This document shows, piece after piece, positions 8,459-16,967 of a DNA stretch of 48,453 bases. The notes below the pieces were generated by a model that searched no databases, was not told the origin of the DNA, and saw only the letters and a program-made list of their open reading frames with translations. The position numbers and the translations under genes were made by a program. The stretch comes from an uncultured Candidatus Saccharibacteria bacterium. Lineage in GTDB: Bacteria > Patescibacteriota > Minisyncoccia > UBA6257 > 2-01-FULL-56-20. The stretch lies in NCBI GenBank assembly GCA_964646415.1, contig CAZYEL010000005.1:18601-67053 (forward strand), read 5' to 3'. The first letter of the stretch is position 1. The number at the start of each line of letters is the position of its first letter.

Positions 8459-10237
8459 ATGAATTCCGAAACCAAGGTTTGTCAAAACTGCAACAATAAT
8501 TTCACAATCGAATCGGCTGATCGTGAGTTTTACAAGAAAGTGCAGGTGCCTCCGCCCACGTTTTGCCCGGAGTGCAGGTTCACGCGCCGCTTGATTTTAA
8601 GAAATGAGCGCGGCCTTTATAAGAGAAAATGCGATCTTTGCGGGGAGGAGAAGATAGTATCGTTTCCATTCCAAAGCCCGTTTAAAGTTTATTGCAAAGA
8701 ATGTTGGTGGAGCGACAAGTGGGATGCGGGAATATATGGCCGCGAGTATGATTTTTCTAAACCGTTTTTCGAACAGTTTTTTGATTTGGTTAAAGCGGTT
8801 CCTCGTCCGGGGATCGTTCATCAAGGGATGATTGTAGATAGCCCATATACCAACCGAGCGAGCAATCTCAAGAATTGCTATTTGCTTTATGCGAGTAACT
8901 TTGACGAGAATTGTTCTTACGGCGCGTGGTTCAACGATTCGAAAGATTCGATGGACGGTCTGGCGGTTCAAAAATCGGAGCAATGCTATGAGTGCATAGA
9001 TTGCGTTGAGTGCAGCCGGTTATTATATTCGCAGGAATGTATCGCGTGCAGTAACTCGTATTTTTTGCTGAATTGCCGCAATTGCGAGAGCTGTTTCGGA
9101 TGCGTCAATCTGCGGAATAAAAGCTACTGCATATACAACAAGCAGTATTCGAAAGAGGATTACAAACGGGTGCTCGCGCAGTTTAATCTAGGCAGTCGGA
9201 TGATGCGGGACGCCCTCGCCTTACAATTCGGAGCGCAAAAAGGAAAATATATTTTTCCGTCTTTGATTTCGCGGCACAGTCAGAACGTTTCCGGTAATTG
9301 GATCGAAGAATCCAAAAATGTATTCAGGGGGTTTTCCTGCCGGAAGGTGGAAGATGCGAGATATTCTTCCATGCTTGTCGAATCGAAAGACGTGATGGAT
9401 TACTCGTTCTGGGGCCGCGCGACCGAGCTTATTTATGAATCTGTGAATATAGGGTATCAATCTTCGAATATCCGTTTCAGCACAGAAATTTGGGATAATG
9501 CCGCAGACATAACTTATTCTTTTAATTGCCACAGTTCCCATGATCTTTTTGGGTGTGTCGGATTAAGGAAAAAGGATTATTGCATTTTAAACAAGCAGTA
9601 TTCAAAAGAAGACTTTGAGGCAATCTCCAAAAAAATAATCGAACAGATGAAGACGATGCCGTATATCGATGGCAAGGGCAGGAAATATTCGTACGGAGAG
9701 TTTTTCCCCGCGGACTTGCATCTTTTTGCGTACAATGAGACGACCGCGCATGAATATTTTCCGCTGACAAAAGAAGATGCTCTGCGGCAGGGATATGCAT
9801 GGAAGGATGGAGAGGGCCGCAATTATAAAATAACGCTTCCGGCGGATCAAATTCCTGACGGTATAAAAGAGGTGTCCGGTGACATTCTGAAAGAGATTGT
9901 GGGGTGTGCGCACGCCGGAAATTGCAATCACCAGTGCACTACCGCGTTTCGCGTCACTTCGGAGGAGCTTCAATTTTATAAGACTTTCGGAATACCTATC
10001 CCGCAGTTTTGTCCGAATTGTCGGTATTATGAACGCGTGAGCAAAAGGAACCCCTTGAAATTATGGGCAAGAAAATGCGAGTGCGGCGGGGATCGCGCTA
10101 TGCGGGGCGCTTATAAAAATAACTCCGCGCATTCCCACGGAACAGATCCTTGTGCTGTGGTGTTTGAGACAAGCTACGCCCCCGACCGACCGGAAATCGT
10201 GTATTGCGAGAACTGCTACAATGCCGAGGTCGCATAA
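8459..10237 (+). CDS. Cys-rich multi-zinc-ribbon protein, paralog 1
   Basis: N-terminal CxxC...PPxxCxxCR, W-x-D-x-WD, two CxxCxxC...FGC-x-x-LR-x-K-x-YCI-x-NKQYSKE modules, YGEFFP...AYNET, C-terminal YCxxCY; about 35 Cys by my count. Confidence 0.9.
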   Translation: MNSETKVCQNCNNNFTIESADREFYKKVQVPPPTFCPECRFTRRLILRNERGLYKRKCDLCGEEKIVSFPFQSPFKVYCKECWWSDKWDAGIYGREYDFSKPFFEQFFDLVKAVPRPGIVHQGMIVDSPYTNRASNLKNCYLLYASNFDENCSYGAWFNDSKDSMDGLAVQKSEQCYECIDCVECSRLLYSQECIACSNSYFLLNCRNCESCFGCVNLRNKSYCIYNKQYSKEDYKRVLAQFNLGSRMMRDALALQFGAQKGKYIFPSLISRHSQNVSGNWIEESKNVFRGFSCRKVEDARYSSMLVESKDVMDYSFWGRATELIYESVNIGYQSSNIRFSTEIWDNAADITYSFNCHSSHDLFGCVGLRKKDYCILNKQYSKEDFEAISKKIIEQMKTMPYIDGKGRKYSYGEFFPADLHLFAYNETTAHEYFPLTKEDALRQGYAWKDGEGRNYKITLPADQIPDGIKEVSGDILKEIVGCAHAGNCNHQCTTAFRVTSEELQFYKTFGIPIPQFCPNCRYYERVSKRNPLKLWARKCECGGDRAMRGAYKNNSAHSHGTDPCAVVFETSYAPDRPEIVYCENCYNAEVA

Positions 10238-10244
10238 ACCCACC

Positions 10245-10281
10245 AAGGTTAAACCTTGGGAACCCCTAAAGGTTTAACCTT
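10245..10281. promoter_or_regulatory. Double palindrome AAGGTTNAACCTT (copy B), upstream of paralog 2
   Basis: AAGGTTAAACCTT 10245-10257 and AAGGTTTAACCTT 10269-10281; ATG at 10291. Confidence 0.6.
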
Positions 10282-10290
10282 AACGAATCC

Positions 10291-11985
10291 ATGAATTCCG
10301 AAACAAGAAAATGTAAAAGTTGCAGCTCAGAATTTGTTATCGAACCAGATGACTTCGCGTTCTACGAAGCCGTCCACGTCCCGCCGCCGACGTGGTGCCC
10401 GCAATGCCGACTTGTGCGGCGACTTTCGTGGCAGGGGTACCGGATGCTTTATAAACGGAAGTGTGACTTTACGGGGGAAATGATGCTCACTACGCATCAC
10501 CCTGATGCCCCACACAAAATGTATCGGCAGGATGTGTGGTGGTCGGATAAATGGGACCCCAAGAGCTACGGACGCGATTATGATTTTTCGAAGTCGTTCT
10601 TTGAACAATTCCGGGAGCTTTTCAAAGTAGTGCCGCTCCCGAACTTATATACGGTATATTCAGCGATGACGAACAGCGACTACTGCAATGCTGCCTCCGG
10701 TCTCAAAAATTGCTACTTGTGTTTTCGCATCACTAGTGGTGAAGACAGCGCTTATTTGAACAAGGTCGTGGACGCAAAAAACTCACTCGATTCTTCTTTT
10801 ATAAATCAAGTGGAACTTTGTTATGGCTCGGTTCGCCTCAATAAATGTTATGGGGTTTTCTTCTCGCAGGATTGTGACAATTGCCACAACGTCTGGTTCT
10901 CGAAGGACCTCACGGGATGCTCGGATTGCATCGGATGTATCAATCTCCGAAGCAAGCAGTACTGCATTTTCAATGAACAACATACGAAAGAAGAGTATGA
11001 AAAGTTTCGAGGCGAGCTTGATATTGGTTCGCCGGAGCATCTTGCGGAGTTCAGAGCGAAGGCGGAAGTGTTCTTTGCAAAGCATCCGCGGAGGAATTTC
11101 CATGGGCTGAAAAACACCGATGTTTCCGGCGATTACATTTTTAATTCCAAAAATGTCAAAGACTCATATATGCTCGGGAATGGAGAAAATCTTCGATATT
11201 GTTATCTCTTGAAAAATGGGCCTGCGCGGAATTCCTACGATTGGTCTATTTTCGGTGATAATGGCGAATGGATTTACGATTCCGTATGGGTGGGGCTTAC
11301 CGCATCACACAATAAATTTTCTGCTTGGAACTACGGTTCCCGCGATATTGAGTACTGCTTTGGGTGTATGAATTCGGGAAATCTCTTCGGGTGCGTGGGT
11401 TTGCGAGGCGGAACGGAGTATTGCGTGTTGAACAAGCAACACACGAAGAGCGAGTATGCGGAGCTTGTGACGCGCATCAAAAAGCAGATGCTTGAGGTTC
11501 CATATCGCGACCGGCTCGGGCGCGAATATCGTTATGGAGAAATGTTGCCGGCGGAGATGAGCCCTTGGCTTTATAACGAGTCCACGGCCCATGAATGGTT
11601 CCCGAAAAAGAAAGAAGAGGCGCTCGCCGAGGGTTTCTTGTGGCGCGACCCGGATGTGCGGGAATACCGCGAGGCGACCGTGCAGCTTCCCGAACATATA
11701 AAGGACATTCCCGACAGTATTACGAAGGAAATCCTGAAATGCGGCGCATGCGGAAAAAACTACCAGATTATTCCGATGGAGCTCCAGTTTCTCCGCCGTT
11801 TCGGCTTGCCTGTGCCGCGCGAGTGCCCGCTTTGCCGTGACCGGGCGCGGATACAACAGCTTAATCCGATGGATATCTATAACCGTACTTGCGCAAAGTG
11901 TGGCAAGGCTATCCAAACTTCGTATGCCCCTAACCGACTCGAAATTATATACTGTGAACAATGCTATCAGAAAGAAGTTATATAA
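10291..11985 (+). CDS. Cys-rich multi-zinc-ribbon protein, paralog 2
   Basis: Same motif order as paralog 1; ends in a compact CxxC...CxxC ribbon (CAKCGKAIQTSYAPNRLEIIYCEQC). Confidence 0.9.
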   Translation: MNSETRKCKSCSSEFVIEPDDFAFYEAVHVPPPTWCPQCRLVRRLSWQGYRMLYKRKCDFTGEMMLTTHHPDAPHKMYRQDVWWSDKWDPKSYGRDYDFSKSFFEQFRELFKVVPLPNLYTVYSAMTNSDYCNAASGLKNCYLCFRITSGEDSAYLNKVVDAKNSLDSSFINQVELCYGSVRLNKCYGVFFSQDCDNCHNVWFSKDLTGCSDCIGCINLRSKQYCIFNEQHTKEEYEKFRGELDIGSPEHLAEFRAKAEVFFAKHPRRNFHGLKNTDVSGDYIFNSKNVKDSYMLGNGENLRYCYLLKNGPARNSYDWSIFGDNGEWIYDSVWVGLTASHNKFSAWNYGSRDIEYCFGCMNSGNLFGCVGLRGGTEYCVLNKQHTKSEYAELVTRIKKQMLEVPYRDRLGREYRYGEMLPAEMSPWLYNESTAHEWFPKKKEEALAEGFLWRDPDVREYREATVQLPEHIKDIPDSITKEILKCGACGKNYQIIPMELQFLRRFGLPVPRECPLCRDRARIQQLNPMDIYNRTCAKCGKAIQTSYAPNRLEIIYCEQCYQKEVI

Positions 11986-11991
11986 CGACCG

Positions 11992-13746
11992 ATGTTGATT
12001 GAAACAAGAAGTTGCCAGAATTGTAAAAACCAGTTTGTCATCGAGCCGGAAGATTTTGATTTTTACAAAAAGATGTGTGTGCCGCCGCCGACATTCTGTC
12101 CCGACTGCCGGGCTCAACGGCGGATGCTGTGGCGCAACGAACGTACCTACTACAAGAGGCCTTGTAACGCACCCGGGCACAGTGAGGGCGTCATCAGTAT
12201 CATTGCACCCGAATCGCCCTTCGTCATTTTCGATCAACAATATTGGTGGAGTGATAGTTGGGATCCGCTTGATGCTGGTCGCGACCTCGATTTTTCAAAA
12301 CCGTTTTTTAAACAGTATCGCGAGCTTTTGGAACGAGTGCCAATCATAGCGCTTTCGAACACAAACTCGGTGAATAGCGATTACTGCAGTTCTGCAGCAT
12401 GGAACAAAGATTGCTATCTAATTAGCGGCGGAGGGTGGGATGAGCGAGTATCTTATGCAAATCGCGCCGTCAAGGTGAAGGATTCGCTTGATGTCTACAT
12501 CGTCGATAACAGCGAACTTTGTTACGACTGCTCATACTGCACAAAGTGTTACCGACTTCTCATGAGCCGTAACTGTGAGGCATGCAGCGAATCCGCTTTC
12601 CTTTACAATTGCCGAAATTGTTCAAGCTGTTTTGGCTGTGCGAATTTGCGAAGTAAGCAGTATTGCTTCTTCAATGAACAACTGACGAAAGAAGAGTACG
12701 AAAGGCGCGTACGCAGTGCCGACATTGGTAGTTTCCGTGCTTTGCAGGGCGTTGCACGACGGTTTCACAATTGCGTGTATTTGAAAGCTATCCACAAGTA
12801 CGCGGATATTATGAATTGTACCAACGCGACTGGCGACCATATTCGTAACGCGCGGAACTGTCGCGACTGTTTTGATATTGGCGGTGACGACACTGAACAC
12901 TGCCGTTTTGTGAACTGGAGCGGTTTCAAGACGAAGGACCTCTACGATACTGGCCCGGGTGCCGGATGGAACTCCGAAATGCTTTACGAGGGGCTTGACC
13001 TAAACGACTCATCCCGGCTTGTTGGTTGTGTGACGAACTATAACTGTCAGGATATGTGGTACTGCGTTAATTGCCACAATTCGAGCGACTGCTTTGGTTG
13101 TTACGGGCTTCGCAGTAAACAGCACTGTATTCTGAATAAGCAGTATTCGGAGGAGGAGTATAAGGCGCTACTCTCGAGTGCCAAAGAGCATATGGAAAAG
13201 ATGCCTTACATTGATGCACAAGGGAGGAGGTATGGTCTCGGCGAGTTTTTCCCACCGGAGATACAGCCATTCGCGTACAACGAAACAATAGCGCAAGAGT
13301 ACTTTCCACTGACAAAAGAAGTGGCAACAAGGCAGGGGCATCGGTGGCGCGAGCAAGACGCCCGTCACTATACGGTTACGCTGCATGCAAGAGACGTTCC
13401 AGACCATATCAAAGACGTTTCCGATGATATTCTAAGAGAAATCATAGAGTGTGAACATGCCGGGGCATGTTTGGAACAATGCACGACAGCGTTCAAAATC
13501 ATCCCTGGAGAATTGCAGCTCTATCGGCGACTAGGCATTCCATTACCCCATCTTTGTCCAAACTGTCGGCACTACCAACGCCTTGCACAGCGCAACTCTT
13601 TGAAACTTTGGCACCGTCAATGCATGTGTAATAAAAGCCATCGAGAACACTCCGGGCAGTGCCTAAACGAGTTTGAGACGAGTTATGCACCGGAGCGTCC
13701 GGAAATCGTTTATTGCGAGCAGTGTTACCAACAGGAAATTTCATAA
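11992..13746 (+). CDS. Cys-rich multi-zinc-ribbon protein, paralog 3
   Basis: Same architecture; 6-bp gap from paralog 2. Confidence 0.9.
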   Translation: MLIETRSCQNCKNQFVIEPEDFDFYKKMCVPPPTFCPDCRAQRRMLWRNERTYYKRPCNAPGHSEGVISIIAPESPFVIFDQQYWWSDSWDPLDAGRDLDFSKPFFKQYRELLERVPIIALSNTNSVNSDYCSSAAWNKDCYLISGGGWDERVSYANRAVKVKDSLDVYIVDNSELCYDCSYCTKCYRLLMSRNCEACSESAFLYNCRNCSSCFGCANLRSKQYCFFNEQLTKEEYERRVRSADIGSFRALQGVARRFHNCVYLKAIHKYADIMNCTNATGDHIRNARNCRDCFDIGGDDTEHCRFVNWSGFKTKDLYDTGPGAGWNSEMLYEGLDLNDSSRLVGCVTNYNCQDMWYCVNCHNSSDCFGCYGLRSKQHCILNKQYSEEEYKALLSSAKEHMEKMPYIDAQGRRYGLGEFFPPEIQPFAYNETIAQEYFPLTKEVATRQGHRWREQDARHYTVTLHARDVPDHIKDVSDDILREIIECEHAGACLEQCTTAFKIIPGELQLYRRLGIPLPHLCPNCRHYQRLAQRNSLKLWHRQCMCNKSHREHSGQCLNEFETSYAPERPEIVYCEQCYQQEIS

Positions 13747-13772
13747 CCGATGCCAATATACCAATGGATACT

Positions 13773-13792
13773 CCTGCCTACCGGCAGGCAGG
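13773..13792. repeat. 20-bp REP-like imperfect palindrome CCTGCCTACCGGCAGGCAGG
   Basis: Its exact reverse complement occurs at 33331-33350. Confidence 0.9.
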
Positions 13793-13836
13793 AATTATGC
13801 GAATAAGGAAAACATTAGTATTATTAGCATGAATTC

Positions 13837-13864
13837 TCCGCCAGGCGGATCCGCCTTCGGAGGA
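13837..13864. repeat. REP-like double hairpin TCCGCCAGGCGGATCCGCCTTCGGAGGA
   Basis: Two tccgcc/ggcgga-type stems; a related sequence lies inside aspS (30677-30698). Confidence 0.75.
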
Positions 13865-13888
13865 GTATATTAGCATCGCGTACTACTC

Positions 13889-14899
13889 ATGAGTGAATTA
13901 AGACAAGACCTTGTTTCCGGTGACTGGATTATCACAGCGCCCGGGCGCGCCCGGCGTTTGCACGATATGTTGCCCCCGAAGCGTCGGCGTTTGCCGACCT
14001 CAAAATCGAAGTGCCCTTTTGAAGATTTGCGGGCGTCGGGGAATTGGCCGCCGCGATTCCAATATCCGGCGAAAGGCCCGTGGAAAATAGCGGTGATACG
14101 GAACAAATACCCCGCGCTCCGCCGCGATGAGCGTTGCGCGATGGAAATGCGTCAAGGCCCTTATGCCTATATGGAAGGAATTGGGCATCACGATGTGGTT
14201 ATTACCAAAGACCACGCGAAGGACTTTGCGTCTCTTTCTTCTGCGGAGGCAGTCACGCTGCTTCGCATGGTTCAGCAGATGCATCGCCGATTCAGGGACG
14301 ACGGATGTTCCCGTTACGTTTCCACATTCGCGAATTGGGGACCCTCGGCAGGTGCGTCGTTGTATCACCCCCACTATCAACTGCTCGCGTTGCCTATTGT
14401 TCCCCCCGACGTAGCGCATTCTCTCGAAGGATCAAGAGTCCATTTCGCGAAGCACCGCTCATGTGTTCACTGCGATATGTTGAGATTCGAGCGGGAAGCG
14501 GGCACCCGCATTATTGAAGCGACGCCGCAGGCAATCGCGGCGGCGCCGTTCGTTTCCCGCCAGCCTTTTGAGGTGAGAATATATCCGAAGCGGCATGCAT
14601 CCCGTTTTGAAGATGCGCCCTTGCGTGACATCCGGGAAGTTGCGGGATTGCTGCAGTTGGCCCTCCGCCGCATCAAGAAATTCCTGAATGACCCCGATTA
14701 CAATTTCTTTATCCACACGGCGCCGCTTCATAAGGGGCGTGAATTTGAGCACTATCACTGGCACGTCGAGGTATTTCCGAAGATTTCCATCCTCGCCGGT
14801 TTTGAACTGGGTACGGGCGTGGATATCAACGTGGTGGCCCCCGAGGAAGCAGCAGCGGTACTCAAAGGGAAAGGCAAAGTTGCAGGCACCGATGTATAG
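13889..14899 (+). CDS. galT: Galactose-1-phosphate uridylyltransferase (HIT-like GalT class I)
   Basis: MSELRQDLVSGDWII, CPF, NKYPAL, GASLYHPHYQ (HxHxQ), GFELGTG. Confidence 0.9.
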   Translation: MSELRQDLVSGDWIITAPGRARRLHDMLPPKRRRLPTSKSKCPFEDLRASGNWPPRFQYPAKGPWKIAVIRNKYPALRRDERCAMEMRQGPYAYMEGIGHHDVVITKDHAKDFASLSSAEAVTLLRMVQQMHRRFRDDGCSRYVSTFANWGPSAGASLYHPHYQLLALPIVPPDVAHSLEGSRVHFAKHRSCVHCDMLRFEREAGTRIIEATPQAIAAAPFVSRQPFEVRIYPKRHASRFEDAPLRDIREVAGLLQLALRRIKKFLNDPDYNFFIHTAPLHKGREFEHYHWHVEVFPKISILAGFELGTGVDINVVAPEEAAAVLKGKGKVAGTDV

Positions 14900-15233
14900 A
14901 CTGTTGCTACAGCATAAAGTTCCCGTTGCGCTGCTCGGTGCGTCCGTCGTTCTTCCGATAGCGGGGATGGTGTGGGCATATTTTGCGCTGCGCGGTATCA
15001 ACCAGCCGCTTATCGTCCACTTTACGGAACACACTGGTATTACCGAAGTTGGCACCCTTTCTTACGTTCTCTTTCTCGGAGCATTTTGGGCATTTGCGTC
15101 CTTCGTAAATATTGCGATAGGGATTCCGTTACTTAAAAGAGATGCTTTTTTAGGGTATTTCCTTACCGGAGCGAGTTTTTGCTTGAGCATCTTGATTTTT
15201 ATATGGTTTGCGGCTATCATACATGTCAACTAA
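14892..15233 (+). CDS. Small membrane protein (about 3 TM) of unknown function
   Basis: 113-aa hydrophobic ORF overlapping the galT stop; contains LIVHF...GI. Confidence 0.7.
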   Translation: MYRLLLQHKVPVALLGASVVLPIAGMVWAYFALRGINQPLIVHFTEHTGITEVGTLSYVLFLGAFWAFASFVNIAIGIPLLKRDAFLGYFLTGASFCLSILIFIWFAAIIHVN

Positions 15234-15241
15234 ACAATAGT

Positions 15242-15297
15242 GCTAAGTGAGAAGTGATAAGTGAAAAGCCACTTACCACTTACCACTTACCACTTAC
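15242..15297 (+). repeat. Heptamer arrays: GNNAAGT x3 followed by CACTTAC x4 (near-complementary)
   Basis: Four perfect CACTTAC units at 15270-15297, just before the rplU ATG. Confidence 0.9.
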
Positions 15298-15302
15298 TCA
15301 CT

Positions 15303-15614
15303 ATGTCTAAATTCGCAATTATCGAAACCGGAGGCAAGCAATACAAAGTTGCCGCCGGGGACAAAGTAAAGGTAGAGAAGCTTGACGCGGAAGCGGGGAG
15401 CGCTTTTTCCTTTGATAAGGTGCTTCTCACCGCAGAGGGAGAAAAAGTGACGCTCGGCGCGCCGTATATCTCCGGCGTGAAGGTGGAGGGAAAGGTGCTC
15501 CGCCAGGCGCGCGACCGCAAGAAAATCATCTTTAAGTATCACGCGAAGACGCGGCAGAAAAAGAAGAAGGGCCATCGGCAGCCGTTTACGGAAGTCGAAA
15601 TAGTGAAAGTCTAG
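15303..15614 (+). CDS. rplU: 50S ribosomal protein L21
   Basis: FAIIETGGKQYKV...GHRQPFTEVEI; rpmA does not follow it. Confidence 0.97.
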   Translation: MSKFAIIETGGKQYKVAAGDKVKVEKLDAEAGSAFSFDKVLLTAEGEKVTLGAPYISGVKVEGKVLRQARDRKKIIFKYHAKTRQKKKKGHRQPFTEVEIVKV

Positions 15615-15618
15615 CCAC

Positions 15619-15655
15619 AAAAGAAACCGGCGGCCTCGCTTGTGCGAAGTCGCCG
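15619..15655 (-). terminator. Probable intrinsic terminator after the orphan ORF (between convergent genes)
   Basis: Minus strand: CGGCGACTTCGC-ACAA-GCGAGGCCGCCG imperfect stem followed by GTTTCTTTT. Confidence 0.5.
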
Positions 15656-15679
15656 TGATGTTGCGCCTCCGGGCGGATG

Positions 15680-16105
15680 TTACAGCGCCGTAAAGACTTT
15701 CTTGAATCCCTGACGCTTCAATCTTGGTATGATGTCATCGTTGAGATCCTTGAGTGCAGAGCTGATCGCTTTCCCGTAGTTTTCTGAATCAGGATCGTTT
15801 CCCGCCTCAAAGACCTCCTCTCCGTCAATCTCGCGCGTACAGTAAATGTGCGGAGTGCAGATGCCTTTCTTCAGGTCGAAGGCAATCAAGGTGACTTCGC
15901 AATCGTCAACGTTCCCATCCTCGCTTTTATCCGCGAAGACCGGAAGGCAAATTACATGCCCAACCATCGGGAGGGTGGGAATAGAGATATTAGTTTTGAA
16001 GAACCCCGTGACGCTTCTGGAGCATGACGGACTATCGGCGGAAGGGAATCTCGCCTCGTATGTAAGGGACAGTATAGCTTTCATAATAACTTTCCTTTCT
16101 TTCAT
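15680..16105 (-). CDS. Hypothetical protein under a SAM-I riboswitch
   Basis: 141-aa ORF with GAAAGG shortly upstream of ATG; no motif recognised. Confidence 0.7.
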   Translation of the reverse strand: MKERKVIMKAILSLTYEARFPSADSPSCSRSVTGFFKTNISIPTLPMVGHVICLPVFADKSEDGNVDDCEVTLIAFDLKKGICTPHIYCTREIDGEEVFEAGNDPDSENYGKAISSALKDLNDDIIPRLKRQGFKKVFTAL

Positions 16106-16119
16106 TTTGAATACCTTTC

Positions 16120-16161
16120 AAAGAACAAAAACAACCGCCACACGCGGTTGATTTGTTCTTT
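16120..16161 (-). terminator. Intrinsic terminator, expression platform of the SAM riboswitch
   Basis: CAACCGC-GTGTG-GCGGTTG followed by TTTTTGTTCTTT; the stem can extend with AAAGAACAAA/TTTGTTCTTT. Confidence 0.75.
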
Positions 16162-16163
16162 AG

Positions 16164-16262
16164 ACATCTCTCCCCGTGAAGGGCAGGTTCGCACGTTACC
16201 TACAAGGCACGTTGCGGGCGGAGCATTGGGCCAGTCCCTTAGCATCTCCGCGCTCTTGATGT
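16164..16262 (-). promoter_or_regulatory. SAM-I (S-box) riboswitch aptamer
   Basis: Minus strand: ACATC-AAGAG-C-GCGGAG...GGG-ACTGG-CCC...CTCCGC-C-CGCAACG...CGTGCG-AA-CCTG-CCC-TTCAC-GGG-GAGA-GATGT. P1 is ACATC/GATGT; P3 core CGCAACG/CGTGCG is a covariant of the canonical GGCAACC/GGTGCC. Confidence 0.85.
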
Positions 16263-16280
16263 GTATTCGGTTGTACGGAA

Positions 16281-16309
16281 ATAATAACAAACCCTAAAAC
16301 GAGTGTCAA
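16281..16309 (-). promoter_or_regulatory. sigma70-type promoter for the riboswitch leader
   Basis: TTGACA (16309-16304), 17 bp, TATTAT (16286-16281), with TGn extension. Confidence 0.75.
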
Positions 16310-16310
16310 C

Positions 16311-16928
16311 TTATTTTCTCTTTACTTCCCACACGCGGCCAAAGCGAGTCCATCTTTTCAAAATTTCTGCTTTCGGAAGCCGCATGAAGTAGCGGTTCCC
16401 TTCAAAAAGCTTTGTGTACTCAATGCCCGCTGCTTTATGTGTATCGCAAATATAAAAATTATCAGTATCGTATCCGTAGACGAACATTATATGGTCAAGC
16501 AGTCCGCCGAAGCCCAGCGCAATATCGATTCCGACGGTATCCCCCGAGTCCACAATTTTCTCGACGTTGTCTATTGCTGCTGCGCCATTCTTCCCGTTGG
16601 GCGTGAGAATCGCCCGCGCAAATTGATTGAAGCTGTTAATTTCCCTTCCATTAATTGAAAGTGTGAGATTTTTTGAGGCGAGTAATTTTGGAATATGAAT
16701 AAATTGGGCTTGTGTCCACGCGAGCCAGGATGGGACAGATAAGCCAAAAATTCCTTTCCGTTCGATTTCTTGGGGATTATTCTTTTGCGGGCTGAATTCC
16801 GATGGATAAAAGTAATGTAGCGCATAGTATAAGAAATCCCGGCCGCAGCGGTTCTTTATATATTCACCGTTCTTTTCCTCTCGTTCGACAAAGCCGAATT
16901 CTTCGATGTTTACAGGGAGAGTTTTCAT
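16311..16928 (-). CDS. Papain-fold / peptidase C39-like protein
   Basis: NRCGRDFLYYAL (Cys), DHIMFVYGYD (His), FYICD (Asp) in C39-like order. Confidence 0.55.
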   Translation of the reverse strand: MKTLPVNIEEFGFVEREEKNGEYIKNRCGRDFLYYALHYFYPSEFSPQKNNPQEIERKGIFGLSVPSWLAWTQAQFIHIPKLLASKNLTLSINGREINSFNQFARAILTPNGKNGAAAIDNVEKIVDSGDTVGIDIALGFGGLLDHIMFVYGYDTDNFYICDTHKAAGIEYTKLFEGNRYFMRLPKAEILKRWTRFGRVWEVKRK

Positions 16929-16967
16929 ACGGGTTAAAATAGCATAATCAGTGGCATGCTTTTTGCT

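Noticed and set aside
10238-10290. Integron attC site between paralogs
   Set aside because: GTTAAAC precedes GTTTAAC, the reverse of the RYYYAAC...GTTRRRY order; no single long hairpin and no integrase.
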